A DNA stretch of 40,339 nt from a virus: the IMG/VR virus record IMGVR_UViG_3300024989_000002; one strand, 5' to 3'. The translations under genes and the position numbers were made by a program. Of the stretch, positions 32,780 through 40,311 are shown in pieces (positions within the stretch are counted from its first letter, which is position 1; the number at the start of each line of letters is the position of its first letter). The notes under the pieces were generated by a model. It made no database searches and had not been told where the DNA came from. It worked only from the letters and a program-made list of their open reading frames with translations.

Positions 32780-33879
32780 TGACCGTTCGCAGTTCGTGGC
32801 CTGGCCCCACTGGTCAGACCGGCACCACCGAAGCCCGCAAGGCCATCTCGGGTCTGTTCGCGTCGGACAGCACCGGCGCGGTTCGCGCTGGCGTCCTCTC
32901 CCCGGTGAACACGCAGCTCCTCGTCGCCCGCACGGACCTGAACGTCGACATCGCCGCGCTCCAGGCGGTCGCGGTGCAGTTCGGTGGCGCGATCCTGATC
33001 GCGAACGACGGGGTCGTGCAGCTCCCGTCACCGCTGGTTTCTCCGCCGGCGGGGATCAACTACTACGTCGTGTACGCGAAGCAGAACGAGTCGGTGTCGC
33101 CTGGGACGGACCCGAACAACACCCCGGTGGTGGGTGCGGCTCTGTCGACGTCCGACTTCGCGACGGCCCGCACGTCGATGCCGACCGGTGCCGTCGAGAT
33201 CGGGACGGTGCAGATCCCGTCGGGGGTCACCGCGACGAACGCGAGCGGCGTCGCCGTGACGACCACGGCGACGTACACCGCCGCGGCGGGCGGTGTCGTG
33301 CTGGTTCGGAACGCGACCGAGCTCGCCGCGTGGACCCCGGCGGACAGCTCCCTCGCCTTCCGTCTGGACACCGGCACGCTCTACACGCGGGCGGGTGGCG
33401 CGTGGTCGCCGTCGGCGGGTGTGATGCCGGTGATCGACGTGGTCGTGGGTACGAGCATCGCGGTCGCGAGCGGCGGGTCGGCGAACGTGAACCTGTGGTC
33501 CGCGCCCGGGTCGGGGCAGTCGATCGTGCAACCGGCGGGGACGGAGTGGTTCACCTACAACCCGACGACCGGCGACATCACGTGTGTGAAAGCGGGCCGC
33601 TACCAGATCACGGCGCGTCTCGCGGTGCAGCCCGCGTCAGGCGGTGCCGCGCAGGCGTACCTGATCCGTGGTGGGAGCCCGACCGACGTGCTCACCCTCG
33701 ACTCGGTGAACGCGCATTCCTCGCAGCAGACGATGCTGAAGCTCGACGTCGCCTCGGTGCTCCTGGTGGCCGGCGCGTCGCTGCGAGTGTGGATCTCGTC
33801 CGTGACGGCCGCGTTGACGGTCGGTGGGACGGCGCGCGCGCAGGGCGAGTTCTCGATCCGCTACCTCGGGCCGAGCTGA
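32779..33879 (+). CDS. Minor tail protein / receptor-binding candidate, 366 aa
   Basis: Beta-rich Gly/Thr/Val/Ala composition; last gene of the tail module. Confidence 0.6.
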   Translation: MTVRSSWPGPTGQTGTTEARKAISGLFASDSTGAVRAGVLSPVNTQLLVARTDLNVDIAALQAVAVQFGGAILIANDGVVQLPSPLVSPPAGINYYVVYAKQNESVSPGTDPNNTPVVGAALSTSDFATARTSMPTGAVEIGTVQIPSGVTATNASGVAVTTTATYTAAAGGVVLVRNATELAAWTPADSSLAFRLDTGTLYTRAGGAWSPSAGVMPVIDVVVGTSIAVASGGSANVNLWSAPGSGQSIVQPAGTEWFTYNPTTGDITCVKAGRYQITARLAVQPASGGAAQAYLIRGGSPTDVLTLDSVNAHSSQQTMLKLDVASVLLVAGASLRVWISSVTAALTVGGTARAQGEFSIRYLGPS

Positions 33880-33881
33880 CC

Positions 33882-34625
33882 ATGTCGTCTCTGATCATCG
33901 CCGCCGGAGCACGCCTCGACGCGGCCGGCACCCGGGACGCGTTCGGTGCCCTGTCCGATGACCTCGTGCGTGCCGGCTACCCGCCGATCACGGTGAACTT
34001 CGGCGACCGGGACATGACGGAGGAGATCCACCTCTTCACCACCCGGTACCGGCAGCAGGCGACCGGCTCCGGCGCGTTCGGTGACGTGCGCACGTGGGAC
34101 GGGTCCGCGTACGGATTCCCTGGCGGCACCCGGTGGGTGCGGGTCTCCGCGGACGGCCCGGTCGCGATTCCCGGGTCCAGCAACCACGGCCGGAAACGGT
34201 CCGGAGATCTCGCCGCCCCGTACAACGCTGACACGCCCGCGCACCGCGCCGCCGAGCAGCTCGCGAAGGCCCACAACATCACCTGCGAGGGCATGGGCTT
34301 CGGCGAGTGGTGGCACTGGACGTACTGGGGGCTGCTCGGCGTCATCGGTACCCCCGCGGCCACGACCGCAACACCCTTCACCCCTGTCCCGAAACGGAGC
34401 CTGACCATGGACGAAGCACTCATCATCGAGCAGACGAGCAACAACATGGTGCTCGTCAATGTGAAGGACCGCACGCTCGTGAACCTCGGCAACGACCCGA
34501 AGTCGCAGCTGCGGGCCTGGTTCGCGGAGAACCACCCGTACAAGTTCATGGGCTCCGACGAGTGGACCAAGACGTTCGGTCCCGGCACCGGCTACAACTA
34601 CGTCGGTCACGGCACCCCGGCATGA
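33882..34625 (+). CDS. Endolysin: M15-type zinc peptidase (LAS fold) plus a C-terminal domain of unknown type, 247 aa
   Basis: GSSNHGRKRSGDL and EWWHW supply an H...D...H zinc-ligand pattern. A Pro/Thr linker is followed by a ~75-aa C-terminal domain. Confidence 0.75.
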   Translation: MSSLIIAAGARLDAAGTRDAFGALSDDLVRAGYPPITVNFGDRDMTEEIHLFTTRYRQQATGSGAFGDVRTWDGSAYGFPGGTRWVRVSADGPVAIPGSSNHGRKRSGDLAAPYNADTPAHRAAEQLAKAHNITCEGMGFGEWWHWTYWGLLGVIGTPAATTATPFTPVPKRSLTMDEALIIEQTSNNMVLVNVKDRTLVNLGNDPKSQLRAWFAENHPYKFMGSDEWTKTFGPGTGYNYVGHGTPA

Positions 34626-35080
34626 CCGCCGCTCCCCGCACCCGCATGAACCGGGCGTGGTGGGTGTTCTCCGCCGCGGGGGTGCTGACGTTCGTGATCT
34701 CCGGGCTGATCCTCCTCGGCGGCACGCCCGCCCCCGACGGGCAGTCGTGGCTGCGGGACCCGGACAGCATCATCCTGCAGATCCTCGTTGTGGTCGGGGC
34801 GGTCACGAGCGTCGCCGCCCCGGCCGCGGGGAAGCTGCAGCGCATCGGCACGGGCGTGGAGAAGACCGTCGACCACGTCGTGAACTCCCACGGCGGCACC
34901 ATCCTCCGCGACGACATCGACGAGCTGAAAGACCTCGTGAGAGCCGTCCGGTCCGAGCAGAAGCAGCAACGCCAAGACATCCTCGGCATCCGTGAGGAGA
35001 TCGGCCAGATCCGCAAGTCCGAACGGGACCAGTGGAACGCGATCGAGACCACTGCCAACCGCAACCGAAAGGAAACCTGA
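34622..35080 (+). CDS. Holin-like membrane protein (2 TM plus a C-terminal coiled coil), 152 aa
   Basis: ATGA-coupled to the endolysin gene. TM segments WWVFSAAGVLTFVISGLILLGG and IILQILVVVGAVTSVAAPAAG. Confidence 0.65.
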   Translation: MTAAPRTRMNRAWWVFSAAGVLTFVISGLILLGGTPAPDGQSWLRDPDSIILQILVVVGAVTSVAAPAAGKLQRIGTGVEKTVDHVVNSHGGTILRDDIDELKDLVRAVRSEQKQQRQDILGIREEIGQIRKSERDQWNAIETTANRNRKET

Positions 35081-35082
35081 CC

Positions 35083-35526
35083 ATGTCCCTGAACAGCATC
35101 CCGGCAGTGACCGTCCAGGACGGCGCGCTCGGCGCGATCGTCGAGTCCACCTCGACCCGCAAGCGTGTGTACAGCGCGTGGATCCTCATCGGCCTCGCCC
35201 TGCAGGCGATCGTCGCCGGGATCATCGCCGGTACGGCCTCGTTCGCCGCTGTGGCCGCCCTGGGGTGGCCGCTCCTGGTGAGCGTGGCCGCGGCCATCCT
35301 GGGGGCCGTGGCGGGCGCGTACGCCGCGCTGACGCCCCAGGTCGCGACCCTCGCCCGTGCGAACACATCGAGCACGACGTCAACGCCTGCGACGAGCACC
35401 ACGGGCGCCACATTGCCGATCACCTACGCGCTCCCGACCGCCCAGATGTCCCCGAGCGACGTCGCCTCCCTGGTCGTGAACCAGGTCGCGCCGGTCGACG
35501 TTCCCGCACCGACCACGGGCGACTGA
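35083..35526 (+). CDS. Holin-like membrane protein (2 TM), 147 aa
   Basis: TM segments VYSAWILIGLALQAIVAGIIAG and GWPLLVSVAAAILGAVAGAYAAL, followed by a Ser/Thr/Pro-rich tail. Confidence 0.65.
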   Translation: MSLNSIPAVTVQDGALGAIVESTSTRKRVYSAWILIGLALQAIVAGIIAGTASFAAVAALGWPLLVSVAAAILGAVAGAYAALTPQVATLARANTSSTTSTPATSTTGATLPITYALPTAQMSPSDVASLVVNQVAPVDVPAPTTGD

Positions 35527-35807
35527 TGGTCTACATCAAGGTGCGGCCGGGCGGGTGGCGACAGCGCCCGTACATATCGACATCGCTCGACGCGGCCGCG
35601 CTCGATCACTTCGAGCAGGGCATCTACGACGCCTCGGTCACCGCCGACGGCGCGTTCCAGGACACGCCCGAGGGCCGCACTGCCCTCGCCGCGTCCACGG
35701 AGTTGGGCGAGGCGTTCGTCGGTGTCGCGAACGGGGTGACCGCGACGATCACCGGTGACCCCGCGGACCCGGATGTTCGTCTGTTCATGAACGGGGTGGA
35801 GCTCTGA
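35526..35807 (+). CDS. Hypothetical protein with a tail-fibre-like N-terminal motif, 93 aa
   Basis: TGATG coupling. YISTSLDAAALDHFEQGIYDA recalls the (L/I)xAxxLNxxExGI motif seen at the N-termini of phage tail fibres. Confidence 0.55.
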   Translation: MVYIKVRPGGWRQRPYISTSLDAAALDHFEQGIYDASVTADGAFQDTPEGRTALAASTELGEAFVGVANGVTATITGDPADPDVRLFMNGVEL

Positions 35808-36904
35808 TGGCTGGGATCGCGAAGGACTCGACGCTGACGAGCGGGAGTGCCCGTTTCGTGCAGCGACCGGACCCGGTGGTCGTGTTCGACGACACCGACT
35901 TCTCGACCGGTCCCCGCGGGTGGCGGGGGCTGATCAACGGCACCGCGGCGCAGGGCGTGCTCGTCCCGTCCACGATGCCGGGGAACGGGGCGTCATCGCT
36001 TCACCTCGGCATCGAGGACGGCGGCGCGTCGTACAACGCGGACGGCTACGCGATGGCCGTGAAGCGTGCGTCGCTGCCGTTCAACCCGGCGACGGGGAAC
36101 CTGTACGAGTTCATGACGCTCGAGATGGAGGTCGCGCTCGGCTCGTACTGGAACACGCAGAACCGGTGGGCGAGCCCCCGATGCGTGGACATCGGCATCG
36201 ACAACGGGTACGGGCTCTACCAGGGCGGGCAGATCGACAACCGGGCGCTGCCCGCGGTCCGCTACCTCGTCATCGACGAGTCGAACAGCAGCGCGCTGGT
36301 GCAGAAGTTCCAGACCCGCCACGGCGACAACGGCGGCAACGTCACCGGCAACCTCACGTCGGGCTCCGCGGTCGTCGGCGGCTACTCGTCGGGGGACATC
36401 GGGAAGGTCGGCGCGACGGTCACCGGCTCCGGCATCCCGGCAGGGACCACGATCCTGACCCGCACGAACAACACGATCACCCTGTCCGCCCCCGCGACCG
36501 CGACTCTCAACGGGGCCGCGCTCGTCATCGGGTCCGTGATCGTTCTCGTCGATCTCGTCGACATGTACGGCGCACCGATCACGTACCCGTACGGTTACAA
36601 CGAGGACAAGACCGGCGTCTGGAAGATCAAGATCATGCAGTCGATCGTCGACCAGCGGGTCGTCGGGCTGCAGGTCCAAGGCAAGGGGTACGGGTTCCTC
36701 AACCAGGCCCTCGCGGACCCCTACTCCGACCTCAGCCTCTACAACCTCGGGAAGGGCTGGGCGCACCCGTTGAACCAGGGCGGTGTCGCGTCGTTCTACG
36801 GCGGCGCGAACGCGTGCGTCGAACTGTACGGGCGCAACAACACCGGGCAGGTCCAAGCGGACCTGTGGTTCTCCCGACCGCGGATGGAGATGTTGGCAGC
36901 ATGA
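35807..36904 (+). CDS. Hypothetical beta-rich protein, 365 aa
   Basis: TGATG coupling; high GC3; contains GATVTGSGIPAGTTILTRTNNTITLSAPATATLNG. Confidence 0.65.
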   Translation: MAGIAKDSTLTSGSARFVQRPDPVVVFDDTDFSTGPRGWRGLINGTAAQGVLVPSTMPGNGASSLHLGIEDGGASYNADGYAMAVKRASLPFNPATGNLYEFMTLEMEVALGSYWNTQNRWASPRCVDIGIDNGYGLYQGGQIDNRALPAVRYLVIDESNSSALVQKFQTRHGDNGGNVTGNLTSGSAVVGGYSSGDIGKVGATVTGSGIPAGTTILTRTNNTITLSAPATATLNGAALVIGSVIVLVDLVDMYGAPITYPYGYNEDKTGVWKIKIMQSIVDQRVVGLQVQGKGYGFLNQALADPYSDLSLYNLGKGWAHPLNQGGVASFYGGANACVELYGRNNTGQVQADLWFSRPRMEMLAA

Positions 36905-37563
36905 GCACGTTCAACCTGCTCGCGAACGGTCGCGCGATCTCCGCGCCGGTACGGCTGCGACGGATGCTGACGAGCAAACCGACGGACGTGTTCCTCTCGG
37001 TCACCGACTGCACCGGAGCGCCGACCGCCGCGGCCCTGACCGCGTACTTCGAGGTCCTCCAACCCACCTCGGACGGTGCGATCACGAACGCGTACCCCGG
37101 CGGGATGTGGACGCGGCTCGACGCGGACACGCACCCGTTCGCGCTTCCCGAGGGCGACTGGGACACGATGCTCGCCGACCAGACGACCACGAAGCTGAAC
37201 ATCGACAAGGTCGTGACCGCGTCGGGGAGCCTCGCGATCTCGATCGGATCGGGCGGCACCCTGCCACACCCGTTCGTCGTCGGGCAGCGGATCTCCGGAA
37301 CCGGCATCGCGCACGGCGCGTCGAACATCATCGACGCCGTCGGATCGGCCGGCGCGGACGGCACCTCCGGATCGTCCGCGACGCTCCGGTTCCCGGGCAT
37401 CACCGGCGACTCGAACGGGTCGGGGAAGCTGTTCACTAACCCGAAGCAGTGGAAGCGCCGCATCCTCGGGTTCCCGACCTGGGCGCTGGTGCTGCTCCCG
37501 AAGTTCACCGGCGGCGCGTCACCCGCGTTCACCGTCACCGTCTCAGCGATCACGGAGGACTGA
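36901..37563 (+). CDS. Hypothetical beta-rich protein, 220 aa
   Basis: ATGA coupling; contains GQRISGTGIAHGASNIIDAV. Confidence 0.6.
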   Translation: MSTFNLLANGRAISAPVRLRRMLTSKPTDVFLSVTDCTGAPTAAALTAYFEVLQPTSDGAITNAYPGGMWTRLDADTHPFALPEGDWDTMLADQTTTKLNIDKVVTASGSLAISIGSGGTLPHPFVVGQRISGTGIAHGASNIIDAVGSAGADGTSGSSATLRFPGITGDSNGSGKLFTNPKQWKRRILGFPTWALVLLPKFTGGASPAFTVTVSAITED

Positions 37564-37564
37564 C

Positions 37565-37801
37565 ATGGCCGCACACGTCCACCACGCCGGCGCGAACGGC
37601 ATCTGCTCGTGCGGGCTCGTGTCCGTCGGCGACGACTGGATGGATCCCGCGCACCTCCCGATCCCGTGGGACGTGCCCGTGAACCTCGACTACGCGACAC
37701 CCCCGGACGACACCGACCCGGTCGACGTGGTCATCGTCGACACCGGCACCCCACCGGTCGACCCCGCGCCGGTCGTGATCTACCAGTCATCGGAGGGATG
37801 A
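37565..37801 (+). CDS. Small acidic Pro-rich protein, 78 aa
   Basis: The ATG lies 1 nt after the upstream stop. Confidence 0.5.
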   Translation: MAAHVHHAGANGICSCGLVSVGDDWMDPAHLPIPWDVPVNLDYATPPDDTDPVDVVIVDTGTPPVDPAPVVIYQSSEG

Positions 37802-37802
37802 A

Positions 37803-38072
37803 ATGGGCTACCAGGCGATCGTCGGGTCCGCGGACCTGACCACGAAGATGCGCTACATCAGCTCGTACACGTTCACCGAGAACGCCGGCACCCCCGCGGC
37901 CGCGCGCGTCGTGATCCGTGACGGCAGCGCGTCCGGGCCGGTCATCATCGACGAGCCGATCGTCGCGGGCGGTGTCGCGAAAGGCGACCTCTCGAAGCCC
38001 GTGTTCTGCCCCAGCGGGGTCTACGTGCAGGTTACCACCGGCACCGTCCGCGGCTCGATCCGAGGCACCTGA
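37803..38072 (+). CDS. Small beta-rich protein, 89 aa
   Basis: The ATG lies 1 nt after the upstream stop; last plus-strand gene before the terminator. Confidence 0.55.
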   Translation: MGYQAIVGSADLTTKMRYISSYTFTENAGTPAAARVVIRDGSASGPVIIDEPIVAGGVAKGDLSKPVFCPSGVYVQVTTGTVRGSIRGT

Positions 38073-38110
38073 CGCAGATAAGCGCATAGCTTCTCCGGCG
38101 CACATATAAG

Positions 38111-38151
38111 CCCCCGGCTTCTACCCTTCCCAGGGTGGGAGTCGGGGGTTT
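38111..38151 (+). terminator. Strong intrinsic terminator between the convergent units
   Basis: 16-bp stem (38111-38126 pairing with 38133-38148; 13 Watson-Crick and 3 G-U pairs), loop ttccca, followed by TTT. Confidence 0.65.
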
Positions 38152-38224
38152 CCGGCGTTGTCGGCGGCATCCCGCAGGATGACCGCATGTCCGAGTGGCA
38201 CCCGCTCCTAGCCGCGGTCGAATC

Positions 38225-38524
38225 TCAGATCGGACGGCCGCGCAGGACCAGAAGAACACCAAGAACACCCGAACCGATCAGCAGGAACGCGATCCCGCGC
38301 ACGGCCCATACGATCGCGTTCTGGATTCCCGTGTACGCGTCTCCACCGTATTCGGTGGTGTTCGCATTGCTCAGAAGCACGATCGCGGCGATGATCGCGA
38401 ACACGGCGTACACGCCTGCCAGGATTCCTGCGAACGCGTTGCCACTGATGTCCTGCTCATACCGGGGGACAGCGGTCGCACCGCGGCCCTCCGTCGGTCC
38501 TGTTGGTGCTTCGCTGTCCGTCAT
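38225..38524 (-). CDS. Small two-TM membrane protein, 99 aa
   Basis: TM segments AFAGILAGVYAVFAIIAAIVLL and IAFLLIGSGVLGVLLVL with the loop TEYGGDAYTGIQNA. It is on the same strand as the integrase gene, downstream of it. Confidence 0.7.
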   Translation of the reverse strand: MTDSEAPTGPTEGRGATAVPRYEQDISGNAFAGILAGVYAVFAIIAAIVLLSNANTTEYGGDAYTGIQNAIVWAVRGIAFLLIGSGVLGVLLVLRGRPI

Positions 38525-38559
38525 GGTGTCCCCCGATCGTGTATGGCGAGAGCCTATCG

Positions 38560-38982
38560 TCAGGGCTTGAACGGCTTGTCACATTCCGGATGCGCGGGGT
38601 CCGGGACAGCGATCGAGAAGCAGATCACCGGGTAGCACGACGTGTCGTTGACGCCGTCGTTGCTATTCGCCGAGGACCCGGCCGGGCACCGTATTGGTGC
38701 TTTCGTCGCGGGTGCTGGGTTCTGCTTCTTCTGCGTGGTCGGAGGTGCTTGCGTCACGGAGGGAGAGGGAGTCGGCGTGGACACCTGCTCGACGGGCGTC
38801 GATGTGAGAGAAGGCGTCGGCGACGGAGTTGGCGAGGGCGTCGTCGTATCGACGATCGAAACCGTCGTAGCTACTTGCTCTTCAAGTCGCGGCAGGTTCG
38901 TGATCAACGCGTACGCTCCCCCGGCGACGGCAACGACGGCGACAACTCCGACCGCAGAGGCGATGATGCTCCTGATATTCAT
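38560..38982 (-). CDS. N-terminally anchored secreted protein with a Pro/Thr/Ser linker and a 4-Cys C-terminal module, 140 aa
   Basis: AAGGAG RBS. Signal-anchor IIASAVGVVAVVAVAGGAYALI, linker TTTPSPTPSPTPSLTSTP..., then C-x19-C-x4-C-x13-C. Confidence 0.7.
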   Translation of the reverse strand: MNIRSIIASAVGVVAVVAVAGGAYALITNLPRLEEQVATTVSIVDTTTPSPTPSPTPSLTSTPVEQVSTPTPSPSVTQAPPTTQKKQNPAPATKAPIRCPAGSSANSNDGVNDTSCYPVICFSIAVPDPAHPECDKPFKP

Positions 38983-39014
38983 GTGTCCTTCTCCTTGAGT
39001 GGCATGGTCGCACC

Positions 39015-39176
39015 ATGATTCCGATCGAAGATCTGACGGCCGAGCAGGAGGCGCTCAAGGAACCCACCATCGACTTGGCGGCGCGCGCGCTGCTCGACGC
39101 ACGCGACGAGATCGCGGCAAGGGAGAGCGACGCTAGCGGGCATCGATCCGAGCCATCGCATCAGCGGCATCCTTAA
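39015..39176 (+). CDS. Possible small protein, 53 aa, convergent with the integrase gene and overlapping its 3' end by 44 nt
   Basis: Not in the track. By hand count GC3 is about 82 percent and GC2 about 44 percent over 39 codons. The sequence MIPIEDLTAEQEALKEPTIDLAARALLDARDEIAARESDA... is plausible, but the RBS is weak. Confidence 0.35.
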   Translation: MIPIEDLTAEQEALKEPTIDLAARALLDARDEIAARESDASGHRSEPSHQRHP

Positions 39177-40236
39177 GCGCTTCCGGCATCAGGTGACCGT
39201 AGATCTGGGTGGTCGTCTGCACGGACTCGTGCCCAAGCCGGCGGGAAACGACGAAGATCGGCACGCCCTCCTGCAGCAGCCACGACGCGTGGGTGTGCCG
39301 TAGGTCGTGCGGCCGCGGCTCCTTCCGCAGCTTCGAGGCGTCGACGGCGTCCTGCCAGCCGTGGTTGTGGAAGGTGGTGTTGGTGAGCTGCGACCCCAGC
39401 GTGTTCGGGAACACCAGATCGTGCTGGCGATTGGCGGCAACGAGATCCGCGGCGAGTCCCGGCGTGATCGACACATCTCGGTCGCTCGGCGTGTTCTTCG
39501 TCGAGCCGATGAAGAACTTCCGGTGCGCGTCACCCTTCCACGCCTTGTCGACCTGGATGTAGGGAACGTCAGCGTCGAGGTGCAGATCATCCCAGGTCAG
39601 CGCTGTCGCCTCACTGAAGCGCATTCCGGTGCCGACGAGAACTCGCGTGAGCATCTGGTGTCGCTGGGGGATGTGCTCAAGGAGCGTGTCGAACTCAGCC
39701 TTCGTGAGGAAGGTGGCGCGCCGTCCGGCTCGATCCTCGTTCGGCAGTTCCACGAGCTCGCAGGGATTGTCGCCTCGCCACCCCCTCCTTACCGCGGTCT
39801 TGAACGCGCTCGAGAGCAGGCCCATACGATTCGCGATCGACTTCCGCGTCGCCCCGTCGCGCCGCTGCCGCTGGATCCATGCCGCTATGTGCTCGTCGGT
39901 GACCACGTCGACGCGCAACCCACCGAGCTGCTCGGTGAAGTGCGTCGCGATCATCGAGCGGTAGCCGGCAATCGTGCCCTCGTTCGCCCGGGTGAGCAGC
40001 GACAGGTGCCGCTCGAGCATCTCGCTGACGGTCGGCTTGCGACTCGCCGCGGCGGTGAGCATCTGTTCGGCCAAGGCGAACCTCTGGTCGTTGGCGTCCA
40101 GCAACCGGCGCAGCATCTCCGCCTCACCCTCAGTGGGGAACGTCATGCTCGTCTGGCGCCCAGACTCCGGGTCACGCCACAGCACAGCGAACGACGCCGC
40201 ACCCGTCTTCTGGACCCGCTTCCGAACGCTCGCCAT
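39133..40236 (-). CDS. int: Tyrosine integrase, 367 aa
   Basis: SAM-like N-terminal domain. Catalytic pattern GMRFSEA (R) ... HDLRHTHAS (H-x-x-R) ... LGHESVQTTTQIYGHL (Y). It lies adjacent to the tRNA-derived att core. Confidence 0.95.
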   Translation of the reverse strand: MASVRKRVQKTGAASFAVLWRDPESGRQTSMTFPTEGEAEMLRRLLDANDQRFALAEQMLTAAASRKPTVSEMLERHLSLLTRANEGTIAGYRSMIATHFTEQLGGLRVDVVTDEHIAAWIQRQRRDGATRKSIANRMGLLSSAFKTAVRRGWRGDNPCELVELPNEDRAGRRATFLTKAEFDTLLEHIPQRHQMLTRVLVGTGMRFSEATALTWDDLHLDADVPYIQVDKAWKGDAHRKFFIGSTKNTPSDRDVSITPGLAADLVAANRQHDLVFPNTLGSQLTNTTFHNHGWQDAVDASKLRKEPRPHDLRHTHASWLLQEGVPIFVVSRRLGHESVQTTTQIYGHLMPEALKDAADAMARIDAR

Positions 40237-40255
40237 GCCCGCCAGACTAGGGCTC

Positions 40256-40285
40256 GTGTCAACACATTTCGAGTTAGTGTCAACG
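40256..40285. promoter_or_regulatory. Two direct GTGTCAAC repeats 21 bp apart between the integrase gene and the att core (candidate arm-type sites)
   Basis: GTGTCAACA at 40256-40264 and GTGTCAACG at 40277-40285. On the minus strand both read TTGACAC. The same 8-mer core, GTCAACAC, occurs at 128-135. Confidence 0.4.
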
Positions 40286-40311
40286 GATCCGCCGGAATCC
40301 CTTGAAAATAC

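Noticed and set aside
32796-34625. 609-aa plus-strand ORF spanning the receptor-binding gene and the endolysin gene
   Set aside because: Only the last 247 codons (from the ATG at 33882) read as a real protein (M15 peptidase). The upstream part is the off-frame shadow of 32779-33879.
38187-39018. Plus-strand ORFs 38187-38570, 38195-38635, 38503-39018 and 38642-38998
   Set aside because: They are antisense to two minus-strand ORFs that have clear TM helices, a signal-anchor and an AAGGAG RBS. The plus-strand translations are Arg/Cys/Gly-rich.
40237-40311. The two TTGACA hexamers (minus strand) upstream of the integrase gene read as tandem -35 promoter boxes
   Set aside because: No acceptable -10 element lies 16-18 nt downstream of either copy; TAGTCT lies 7 and 28 nt away. 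The 21-bp phasing and the matching motif in the other att arm fit recombinase arm sites better.
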